NCBI GenBank assembly: GCA_963716985.1
Contig: OY970323.1
Span: forward strand, 2,001,280 to 2,065,279
From: an uncultured bacterium
Lineage (GTDB): Bacteria > Chlamydiota > Chlamydiia > Chlamydiales > SM23-39
Reading direction: 5' to 3'
Length of the DNA stretch: 64,000 nt
The notes under the pieces were generated by a model, which saw only the letters and a program-made list of their open reading frames with translations, was not told the origin of the DNA and did not search any database. Of this stretch, positions 17,849 to 28,900 are shown piece by piece. The position numbers and the translations under genes were made by a program. The first letter of the stretch is position 1. Every line of letters begins with the position of its first letter.

Positions 17849-19912
17849 CCCAAGTTCGCCAGCCCTCATAGGAGAATCGGTCCGAAGTTAGGCCTATCCA
17901 TCACTACATCCTGAAATTTACAGGATTGTTTTTTGTGCTTTGAGAATCTGAGTTGACAATCCTAAAGCCTTGTAAATTTTCACCTGTTCACCTTCTGCTT
18001 TTGTTGTGCTCCGATGATAAAGAGTTTTACCCTCCTCTGTTTTTGCTTCTGTTGTTACTCTTATTCGGTTGCTCATTAGCGCACGGATAGTTTCCCAGTG
18101 ATAATTGATCCCTTGTTTTCCTAATTGATAAAAGCAGTTTTGTATGAGATGATAGGCTAATATCGTGATCCAAAGATGCCCATCAACGCGACGTTCTTTT
18201 TGATGGTATATTGGACGGAGTCCGAGTGATGATTTCATGAAGCGAAAAGCGTCCTCGACGCCTCTAAGAGTATTGTAAAGTCCCCATAGCTCTTTTGCAT
18301 CCATTCCAGTCAAATTTGTTCGTAAAAAGTAGCTCCCAGTAAGTTTTTCGCTCATTTTTGCATCAATAATTTCCCAGCTGACAGCAGTGGCAAGAGCTCC
18401 ATCTTCCGAAGCTTTTACTGTGATTTCATAACATCCGGAGATGCGCTTATGTTTTTCTTTTAACCGTCCTATTCGTTCAAGGACCTTTGGGTATTTTTTC
18501 CGCCCCTTAGGCTTGGCAAGACCCTTTGCGAGTTTTTTTAAATCTTCTTCAAAACGCTTTTTGAAAGATTGCTTCATCTGAGATGCAACAGCGGCTTTTG
18601 CTTCAGACTCGCAGTATAACCATTTTTCATCATCTCCTTCAGGACTCTTTACCAACGCGGCCTTCACGAGATCCTTGAGGTCATCGACAGGAACAAGTTC
18701 TCCATCAAGTTCGAGTGAGGGAGCGTCCTGTCTGGCGGATACTATGTAGGTGTACTTTTCTTCTTTCAGCCATCGAAGGTTATCCTCAGTAGAAATCCCT
18801 GCATCGAGAATAATAATAGGCTTGATTAGGCTTTGATGAGCATCGAGGCTTTTGATCATTTCTTGGAGTGTTTTAGGTTCAGAAGCATTGCCAGGGAAAA
18901 TTGCTGTGCGATTTAGAAACCCGTGCTCATTTATGACAAGCCCCATAGTGACCAATGGACAGTCAGTCCGCTTTTCTTTTGAAGGGCCATGCATCGCCTT
19001 GGAATTTAGCTGAGCCTGTCCTTCCATATAAGTGTTGGTGAGATCATATAATGCAATAGTGCTTTGATAACCGTGGAATCGTTGCCCAGCTGCTTCAAGA
19101 TGTTTTTCCAGAGAAACCTTGTGTTTTAACAACTTATCACTAATTCGATACAACTTATGGAGTGAAGATTTTTTGAAGTCAAAATCGAGCAACTCTTCAA
19201 GCCCACTTTTGTCACACAGCCATGTGTATGTGGCTCTCTCACTCTTAGGATTGGTGGCTCTTGCAATGATAGATCCGAGCGCTGTGGAGACTTCAGTCGC
19301 AGAAAGCCCAATTTTTTTCAGTTCTTTTGGCAGCTCAAGTTGATGAGCCATTTGCAAGAGCAAATGTTCAGTCCCAACAGTTCTTGGTTCAGATTTTTCT
19401 ATCGTATTTACATCAATGGTTAGGAAATCAGCCGTTACAACAGGACTTTTTATATCTATGACAGCCTCAGAAAGTTGACGAATTACCTGAGAGGCATAAT
19501 TTTGAGCCAAACGCTCCACCGCATCGGAATAGGGTATAAAGTTTTGTTGCCCTGAAACGATTTCTTCAATGCGTTGCGCAAGAAGAGTGTGTTCTGCCTC
19601 CGGAAGATCGATCTCCGACCCCATATAAAGGAGAACCTTCTGCCGCGGCCCTTTGTCAGTGCGTACAGATTCAACAAGGTAGAATGATGAGTATGACTTA
19701 CCGTTTTTGGAATCTTTTTTAGTGGTTTTTCGTATAAACATGCCAAGAGTATACGAAAGACGAAATCTTTTCGAAAGCGAAAAAATATTATTTTGTTAAG
19801 ACTCCATCACTACAAATGCCGTTTTAGACTTTTTTGAGATTTTTCTCCCATAGAGTGAAAAAAAAATCCGATAAAAACGCGATGAAATCGCTAAAAAGTT
19901 GGCGAACTTGGG
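17849..19912 (-). mobile_element. IS1634-family insertion sequence
   Basis: Perfect 13-bp terminal IR CCCAAGTTCGCCA (17849-17861) / TGGCGAACTTGGG (19900-19912); flanking direct repeat ATAG (or GATAG if the right end is 19911). Confidence 0.85.
17918..19741 (-). CDS. IS1634-family DDE transposase
   Basis: MFIRKT...YLVESVR...GPRQK N-terminus; LYDLTNTY, ILDAGIS and VEDAFRFMKS (D,D,E); LRPIYHQ. Confidence 0.9.
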   Translation of the reverse strand: MFIRKTTKKDSKNGKSYSSFYLVESVRTDKGPRQKVLLYMGSEIDLPEAEHTLLAQRIEEIVSGQQNFIPYSDAVERLAQNYASQVIRQLSEAVIDIKSPVVTADFLTIDVNTIEKSEPRTVGTEHLLLQMAHQLELPKELKKIGLSATEVSTALGSIIARATNPKSERATYTWLCDKSGLEELLDFDFKKSSLHKLYRISDKLLKHKVSLEKHLEAAGQRFHGYQSTIALYDLTNTYMEGQAQLNSKAMHGPSKEKRTDCPLVTMGLVINEHGFLNRTAIFPGNASEPKTLQEMIKSLDAHQSLIKPIIILDAGISTEDNLRWLKEEKYTYIVSARQDAPSLELDGELVPVDDLKDLVKAALVKSPEGDDEKWLYCESEAKAAVASQMKQSFKKRFEEDLKKLAKGLAKPKGRKKYPKVLERIGRLKEKHKRISGCYEITVKASEDGALATAVSWEIIDAKMSEKLTGSYFLRTNLTGMDAKELWGLYNTLRGVEDAFRFMKSSLGLRPIYHQKERRVDGHLWITILAYHLIQNCFYQLGKQGINYHWETIRALMSNRIRVTTEAKTEEGKTLYHRSTTKAEGEQVKIYKALGLSTQILKAQKTIL

Positions 19913-19996
19913 ATAGGAATAAAACGGTTTCACCCGATGCAGTAGGACATTGGACAAGACCTTAAGGTTATTTTTGATAAGCGGTAGAACAGCTTT

Positions 19997-22900
19997 TCAA
20001 TCCTTCAAATGGCCTTTCCTTTTCCATAAGAAAAACTTAGGCTTCAGATTTTTCGGAACTTTTTTAACTTTTACCGATAGCAATGGCTGGCGGCTATACA
20101 TCGGCACGCGTTTTTTGATATATGTGTCATCCAAGAAGAAGGGCAAGAAAAAGAAATCGCTTGCCAGGTTAAAAGAAGAGGAATCAAATCCTGGGACGGC
20201 AAATGGGAAGGAAACCGTTACAACCACCGGAGGCACCGGTGGAGGAGGGTTGACGCGGCAATCGTGAAGAATCGTCCCGTTCCAAATGAGAATACAGGGC
20301 ACGTTAGAGGGCAGATCGTGAGCCGTATTATCTCCTGATATTCCACTAAAAGTGGCCAAGAAATGGGCCCCTCCATAGACAAACCCGGTGGTTTGCACAT
20401 TAATGGGACTAGAAAAGCTTCCCACATCGCCGGTGAGCGCATTGAATGTTTCGTTGTTTGTCGCTTGGATGAGAGGAGTTACGCCGGTTCCATTTTCAAT
20501 CGATCCTATAGCCTGGAAATTGGGATTGAGCACAGTGATCGGACCTAGAATAATAATATTTCCTGCAACAATAATTAAATTGTTGATCGGGTCCATGGTA
20601 TTCATCAATGCAGTCCCGCTGCCGGTGTTGATCGACACCTCTTCAAGTGTAAAACCTACAGTGCCAATGATCTGTTGATAGGAAAAAGATCCTCCATTGG
20701 TTTGTACGCGAACATCGCTATTGGCCGAAAGAAACGTCGCTCCCGTTGGAAATGCAATGGGCGTGCCATAGGAGGTAAATTGGATGATCTGTCCCGTATT
20801 GACATTGGTCTGGTTTGCTGCAGAGTAGGACTGGTTATTGGCGGAGTAAACCGTATTGTTAATATTAATATCATGACTTGCCTGTATGCTCATTGCTCCC
20901 AATACAGTGGTACTGCTCGATCCAACTCCATTCAAATTCACATCATGAGCATTTGTCACGGAGAAATTTTGCATACTTTGACTTAAGGCAAGAGGATGGT
21001 TGATCGTGACATCCCCAACGCCTGCATCAATCGTAAATGAGTAAGGACCATTCACTTCTTGATCGATGAGGACATTTCCTCCATGAGAGTCGAGCTGAAG
21101 ATTTCCATTCAGAGTCGTATCGGAGGCCAAAGAGATCTGCTGGTTATTCGTAGAAATGGTTCCTCCAAGCGTGTTTAACCCACCTCCAGTTTGCGCAAAA
21201 GTTCCGTCGACCGAGAATGTGATGGCAGGATTGAAAGTCAAGAGCGTTGCATTGTTAATCGTAACGGTCCCTCCGCTTGTGGTCGTTACGTTGCTGTTGA
21301 AAAGGAATTGAGATCCGCTTAACCCAATGGATCCTGCAATGTTCAGAGCTCCGTTGAAAGTAGCAAGCGTTGCCAGATTCGACATGCTCAAGGAGTTGGC
21401 TTTAATTCCGAGCGACGTGAAATTATTTGCACTTCCGATTGTTACCGCATTTAAAGTCGTATTTCCGCCAATAGCTCCGTTGAGGTGGATATCTCCTAAC
21501 CCTGCGATCAGATCCAAATTCTCTGTTCCGGCAAGTCCGTTCACCGTTTGGCTTAGGGTAATTCCGGCAGTTCCAAGGCTCGTGTCGAATATTGTCAATC
21601 CAACGAGTATGAGCGGACTTACGAAGGAGATCGATCCGTGATGCGTGGTATAGGCTCCTGCAGCATAAAGAAACGGGGCCGTTCCGAGCTGCGTATAAGA
21701 GCCGTCAATATCCGTCACATTTGTGGCCACTCCGGTGATGAGCCCGGATACCGTGACGATGAGAGAGCCCAAGTTGGTTGTCGTGATCGCTGCATACCTA
21801 GCAAAGTTCGTTCCCGTCAAATTGATTCCCGCAGCTCCGTTTGTGTTGATCGTTGCCGTTAAAATAGGAGTTCCAATGGTCGTAGTGCCGCTGCCTTGCA
21901 GCTCTGCAATCGACGTTGCAGTTACATTATTTACTTGAGCGTTATATACACTATGAAGGGTGAGCGCACCCACACGGCTCACTCCCCCGATGGCACCGCC
22001 GATCGTTAGGTTTGCCGTAGAAGCGGTTCCTAACGTTAGATCCAAAGAAAAAGGACCGTCGACCGTGTTTAGAGAAATGGCCCCATTGCCGGCAGAAGAG
22101 TCCAGGGAAGCCGCAGCTGTGAGTGTGAGGGCGGAGTCGAATGTAATGCTAGCAAGTGCCGGTGTTGCATTGCTTGCCGCCACATTTCCTGCCAGAGAAA
22201 CATTTCCTGCGCCATTTTGTAAAAAGGCGCCGTTCGAAGTGATCGTCTTGCCCGCGGTGGTTGTGAATAGGCCGCTATTGGTGATCGTAATCGGACCTGT
22301 GCCGGTGGTCGTGACGTTGTCTAAAAAGCTAACTGTTGCTGCCGTTAAACTGATGCCGGATGCTCCGTTTGTATTGATGGCTGCGTTGAATGTGCTGCTG
22401 CTCGTTCCGGTCAATGCAATAGAAGCCGCTGTGATAGCTTGTGTGCTGACAGCTGCATTATTGACAATCGTCAAAGCGCCGAGCCTAGCAATTCCCCCGG
22501 TCGCTTGATGGAAGGTTAAGTTCCCCGTATTGGTATTGAGAGACAGATTTCCGGGGCCGTCGACCGTATTAGAGAAGTCCAGAGCATTCGAACTGGTATT
22601 CAACACCCCTGTGCCCACAGCGGAAAGGGGGCCTAAAAACTGCATGGCTCCGGTGGAGGTGATCGAAGAGGAGAGAATGACAGCGCCGGCGCCCGTTTGG
22701 GAAAAGGCCAATAGATTCGAGCCGTTAGCTCCTGCGTTAAAGGTCAGAGTGCCGGAGTTGTGAATGGTTACGTTAGCAGCTCCATGGGTTGTAAACGTAC
22801 CGTCCAAAGTAAATGCGCTTCCCGTCAAAGAAATCCCCGAAGCGCCGTTGGTATCAAGAGCGCCAATAAAATGGGTAAGGCCGCTTCCTGCCAATTGTGA

Positions 22901-25900
22901 AATCGACGATGCGGTGACAGCCTGCTGGGCCGTTACATTACCGGCCGTCTGTATAGTGATTGCGCCAAGACGGGCGCCGCTTCCTATATTGCCGGAGACC
23001 GTAATAGCACCGGTGCCGGAGGTCATGTCAAAGTCAAATCCCCCATCGACCGTGTTCAGAGAAATGGCCCCATTGCCGGTCGAGCTATCTAGTTTTGCCG
23101 CTGCAGTGAGCGTGATGCCGGAGCTAACGTTAGAGCCAAAGGTAATACTAGCCAAAGATGCGGTCGCATTGGTGGTCATGACAGTTCCTGCCAGAGAAAC
23201 ATTGCCAGATCCATTTTGTAAAAAGACGCCATTCGAAGTGATCGTCTTGCCCGCAGTGGTTGTGAGTAGGCCGCTATTGGTGATCGTGATCGGACCATTT
23301 GAGGTTGTTGTGACGTTGTCTAAAAAGCTAATTGTTGCTGCCGTTAAATTAATACCGGAGGATCCGTTTACATTTAGGGCTCCGTTGAATGTGCTATTGC
23401 TGCTTCCCGTAAGAGCAATAGAAGAAGCGGAGATGCCTTGCGCGGAGAGCGTTCCCGAACAGCTCATCGTTAGTGCATTCAACAAGCTGCAGGAGGCGGC
23501 CAGGGTCAGATTGCTAATGCCGGAAGCAGTAAGAGATAGGCTTCCGGGCCCATTGACCGTACTGTTTAATGTGATGCCACCGCCGGTCAATGAACCTAGG
23601 CCAAGCAACGGAACGACGACAGGCCCTTGAAATTGCATTGTGCTTGTGGCCGTAATCGAAGATGGGAGAGTTGTAGTCGCAGAGCCGACCGTTTGCGAGA
23701 AAGTAGAAAGCGCTGTGCCAATTGCACCTGCTTGAAAGGTCAAAGATCCCAAGTTATTGATGGTAACGCTATTATTGTTCGTTGTGAAGGGAGCGCCAAA
23801 AGTAAAGACACTTCCGGTAAGAGAAAGGGCGCCATTGGTGGTCAGAGCTCCATTAAAAGCAGTGGTGCCCGAGCCGTTGGACTGCGTCAGGGTAGAACCG
23901 GTCGTAACAGCTGCATTGGCAGTGGCGTTTTTGACATTTGTAATCAGGATCGCCCCAAGAACAGAAGATCCTCCGACAACATCTCCAAAGTTCAAAGAAC
24001 CTAGAGTGCCAAGGTTCAAACTCAAAGCTCCTGGACCATCTAAAGTGCTAGAGAAAGTGATGTTCTGCCCGCTTGCAGATGTGTCCAGAGAAGTTGGGTT
24101 CGAAAGAGAGGTGGGACTTGCAAAGGAGATAGCACCTCCGGCAGTCATCGATCCGGCTAAGGAAACAGAAGAGCTGACGCCACCGCTCGTTTGCGTACAT
24201 GCGCCTGCAATCGAATAGGTGGTTCCGCTCAGCGTCAAAAGACCCGAATTGGTCACGATCAGCGGTCCGGTATTTATTGTCGACACATTATTGTTCAGGG
24301 CAAATGCAGATCCGGTAAGATTGATACCGGAAGAGTTGGTCGTCGAAACAGCTCCGTCAAAAGTAGTCGTTCCGCTGCCGGCGCTTTGTGTAATCGAGGA
24401 TGCGCTCATATTTCCAAAAGCATGAAGATCTTGTACAGAAACAATGGTAAGGTTGCCAAGAGAATTAGTGGCACCTACATTGCCGGTAAGTATAATATTT
24501 TGATTACCGGCAGTCATCGAAACATCATTGGCTCCCGGACTATCCAGAGTGCTATGAAAAGTAATCAGCCCTCCGGTTAAGTTTTTAGAATTCAACACAA
24601 GAGGTCCATTGAGAGAAACAGCGCTCGTAAAATAAATGGGCTGATCCGTAGTTGTGATCGAACCTCCTACAAGCACACTACCGGGACCTATTTGGAGAAA
24701 TCCATTTGTTCCATTAATTGCAATCGAGGTTCCGTTTGCAATCGTAAGAGAGCCCGAATGGGCCAGATTCATACCTCCGCCGCTTGCCGCAATGGATCCG
24801 GTAAGATTGATTGTGACAGTATCTAGATCGAGTCCATATCCAAAAGAATCTGCCCCTGTTGCCGTAAGACCTGATTGAAAGTAAGTGGTCCCCGTTCCGG
24901 GACCCGTTTGCTGAAAGTAGCCCAAATCCGCAGTATTATCAACATGCACATTGCGTGCACTCAGAATAATAATGGCAGCTAAAGGAATCGTGTTTCCAAT
25001 TGGCCCAATGAAATACACGTCATGGCCGCAGGCATCGATGGTGAGCTTTCGTGGAGTCAGAATATTATCGCTATTCAAGGATTGGTTGAACGTGATATCG
25101 GCGCCTATGGGACAGGTAGAAAGGGTAATGTCATTGGTTAAAACAACGGAATTAGAAAAAGAAATGGGAACGCCTGAAGTGATGATATTGGTTCCCTGAT
25201 AAGTAATACTGCCGGTATTAATAATAATGGTCGTCGCATATACAGGACCAGTAACAGGAGGATTCACTGGAGGAACGGAAGTAAATGTGGCTATATTTAA
25301 GTTGTGGCCAACATCTCCGATCTGGCAATAGGTAATCGTCCCATTTTGCGCATCCAGGGTCAGATTTTGGCCCGGTCCGATCAGCCAGGGAATCGTAATC
25401 GCGCCTCCATTACTTTGAATCGTCAGGTTGGTCCCGGCATTCAACTCCATCTGTCCCGGGAAGGGCGCAGAGCAGGAACCATTAAAAGTAATTGCATTGC
25501 CACCGGAAGAAATGGTGGTTGTTGCTCCTGAATTAAAAAAGTAGCCTTCTGTAGGTAGTTGCCCAAGACCGGTATAATTTTGTGTGCTTGCCTTATAGAC
25601 CGTTCCCAGGAAGGTAATCGTGTTAGAAGCAGTTAGCGTAGTCGTCCCCGTAGCTCCCGCACCTGCAGATCCAAAATCGTGCCAAGAGATACTATCGCTC
25701 GTGATTGCAAAATTGTTAAAAGGGACGCTTCCGGCAATCACGTTGCCAAGCGTTACGCTCGTTGCATGACCGGTTGCCGTTGTAAGGGTCAGGCTTTTGC
25801 CTGACGTATTGGGATTCAGCGTTCCCGTAATGGAAATATTTCCAACGCCCGGAGTAGAGGTGATCGTGGTGATGGTCAAAGTCGACGTAGTGGTGACATT

Positions 25901-28900
25901 TCCGCCGGTCAAAGTAATATTGCTTCGATCCGTAGTAATATTGCCGCCAATGCTCATCGCTCCCGTTTCAAGGATCGCTCCCACCGTTTGCAATGTGCTC
26001 ATTTGAACAATATTGGCGCCCGTTGCGGTCAAACTGCTCAAAGGATTGGTGTTTCCGACTGTTCCATCGAATTGTATGCTTCCGCTTCCTGCTGTCAACG
26101 TAAGGGCTTGCGCGCCATTCAAGGTGCTAGAGAATGTGACGTTCTGGTTTGCGGCAGAGGTGTCCAGAGAAGTTGTGTTCGAAAGAGAGACGGGGCTTGC
26201 AAAAGAGATGGCCCCTCCGGCAGTCATTGCTCCGCTCAAAGAAACAGAAGGACTGCCGCCGCCGCTCGTTTGGGTGCATGCGCCTGCAATCGAATAGGTG
26301 GTTCCGCTCAGCGTCAAAAGGCCCGAATTGATCACAACCAGCGGTCCGCTGCTTGTTGTCGTGACATTGTTCAGCGTAAATGCAGATCCGGTAAGATGGA
26401 TCCCCGTAAGCGTGCTCGTTGATAGAGCTCCATTATAGGTTCCGCTTCCGGCATTTTGTGTCAAAGAAGCTGCTGTAATGGCAGCCGCAGTGACATTTCC
26501 GCTTTGTACCGTCACATCGATCAGAGGGATCGTTCCCCCGATCGCTCCTAGACCTATGCTTCCGACGCCGGCAGTGAGCGTTAAATCATAGCCTCCATTT
26601 ACGGTGGAAGAGAGGGTGATCGTATTGCCGCCCGAATTGAGCGCCACGCCATTGGTCAGGGTGATGGGAGATGCAAATGATAACAGTCCCACCGTAGAGA
26701 TCGGAGCTCCGAGAGAAACGGCAGAACCGCCGCCGCCGCTTGTTTGGGTAAAGCTGCTGCTCGATGTAATGGTAGAGCCAACAGGAATGGTAAGCGTTCC
26801 ACTATTAGTAATGGCAATCGGACCTAAATTGGTCGTTGTGATCGTGTTGTTCACATTAATGGTATTGCCGTTCACGCTAATGCCATCTGCCGTTGTGGTT
26901 GAGATCGTACCATCAAAAGTAGTGGTTCCCGTTGAGGCAAGGGTCAAAGGCCCTGCAATGGCCATACTGCCAAAAGAATGGATGTTATTGGCGCTGGACA
27001 CCTCAAGCTTTGTAGGAGGTGCTAGAAGGCCAACGGCCCCATTAAGATTTACATTGCCGGCACCGGCGGTGAGCGTCAAATCAAAAGCTCCGTCCACAGC
27101 TGCCAAATCGATATCTCCGCCGCCGCTATTTAAAGTCGTTGCATCCATTAAGGTGATCGGAGAGGCAAAGCTGATCAGAGCATTGTTTGTCGTAATGCTA
27201 GCGTCCAAATGGACGGCTCCCGTTCCATTTTGCTGGAAAGATCCTGCAAGATTGAAGGGACCGGCATTGACAAGCGTCAAAGTGCCGCTATTGGTAATCG
27301 TAACGGACCCTCCGCTTGTGGTCGTTACGCTGCTATTGAAAAGGAATTGAGATCCGCTCAAAGCAATCGGTCCTGCAATGTTCAAAGCTCCATTGAACGT
27401 AGCAAGCATTGCAAGGTTCGACATGCTCAAGGAGTTGGCTTTAATTCCGAGCGACGTGAAATTATTTGCACTTCCGATTGTTACCGCATTTACATTCTTT
27501 GTCCCGCCAATAGCTCCGTTGAGGTGGATATCTCCTCCCCCTGCGATCAGATCCAAATTTTCTGTTCCGGCAAGTCCGTTCACCGTTTGGCTTAGGGTAA
27601 TTCCGGCAGTTCCAAGGCTCGTATCGAATATTGTCAATCCAACCAGTACGAGCGGACTTACGAAGGAGATCGATCCATGGTGCGTGATATAGGATCCCGC
27701 AGCATAAAGAAACGGGGCCGTTCCGAGCTGTGTGTAAGAGCCGTCAATATTTGTTGTGTTCGTCGCCACTCCGGTGATGAGCCCGGATACCGTGACGATG
27801 AGCGAGCCCAAGTTGGTTGTCGTGATCGCTGCATATCGGACAAAGTTCGTTCCTGTCAAATTGATTCCCGCAGCTCCGTTTGTGTTGATCGTTGCCGTTA
27901 AAATAGGAGTTCCAATGGTCGTAGTGCCGCTGCCTTGCAGCTCTGCAATCGACGTTGCAGTTACATTATTTACTTGAGCGTTATATACACTATGAAGGGT
28001 GAGCGCACCCACACGGCTCACTCCCCCGATGGCACCGCCGATCGTTAGGTTTGCCGTAGAAGCGGTTCCTAACGTTAGATCCAAAGAAAAAGGACCGTCG
28101 ACCGTGTTTAGAGAAATGGCCCCATTGCCGGCAGAAGAGTCCAGGGAAGCCGCAGCTGTGAGTGTGAGGGCGGAGTCGAATGTAATGCTAGCAAGCGCCG
28201 GTGTTGCATTGCTTGCCGCCACATTTCCTGCCAGAGAAACATTGCCCGCTCCGTTTTGTAAAAAGGCGCCGTTCGAAGTGATCGTCTTGCCCGCGGTGGT
28301 TGTGAATAGGCCGCTATTGGTGATCGTAATCGGACCTGTGCCGGTGGTCGTGACGTTGTCTAAAAAGCTAACTGTTGCTGCCGTTAAACTGATGCCGGAT
28401 GCTCCGTTTGTATTGATGGCTGCGTTGAATGTGCTGCTGCTCGTTCCGGTCAATGCAATAGAAGCCGCTGTGATAGCTTGTGTGCTGACAGCTGCATTAT
28501 TGACAATCGTCAAAGCGCCGAGCCTAGCAATTCCCCCGGTCGCTTGATGGAAGGTTAAGTTCCCCGTATTGGTATTGAGAGACAGATTTCCGGGGCCGTC
28601 GACCGTATTAGAGAAGTCCAGAGCATTCGAACTGGTATTCAACACCCCTGTGCCCACAGCGGAAAGGGGGCCTAAAAACTGCATGGCTCCGGTGGAGGTG
28701 ATCGAAGAGGAGAGAATGACAGCGCCGGCGCCCGTTTGGGAAAAGGCCAATAGATTCGAGCCGTTAGCTCCTGCGTTAAAGGTCAGAGTGCCGGAGTTGT
28801 GAATGGTCACGTTGCCGGCACCGGTGGTAGTAAACGTACCATCCAAAGTAAATGCGCTTCCCGTCAAAGAAATCCCCGAAGCGCCGTTGGTATTAAGAGC

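Noticed and set aside
16255-19982. Weak inverted similarity between 16258-16290 and 19944-19980 as element ends
   Set aside because: AT-rich, gapped match; compatible with chance
19913-20300. tpsA genes as CDI (CdiA) toxins
   Set aside because: No VENN/ELYN-like motif, no variable toxin domain (the C-termini are conserved between the two genes) and no downstream immunity ORF
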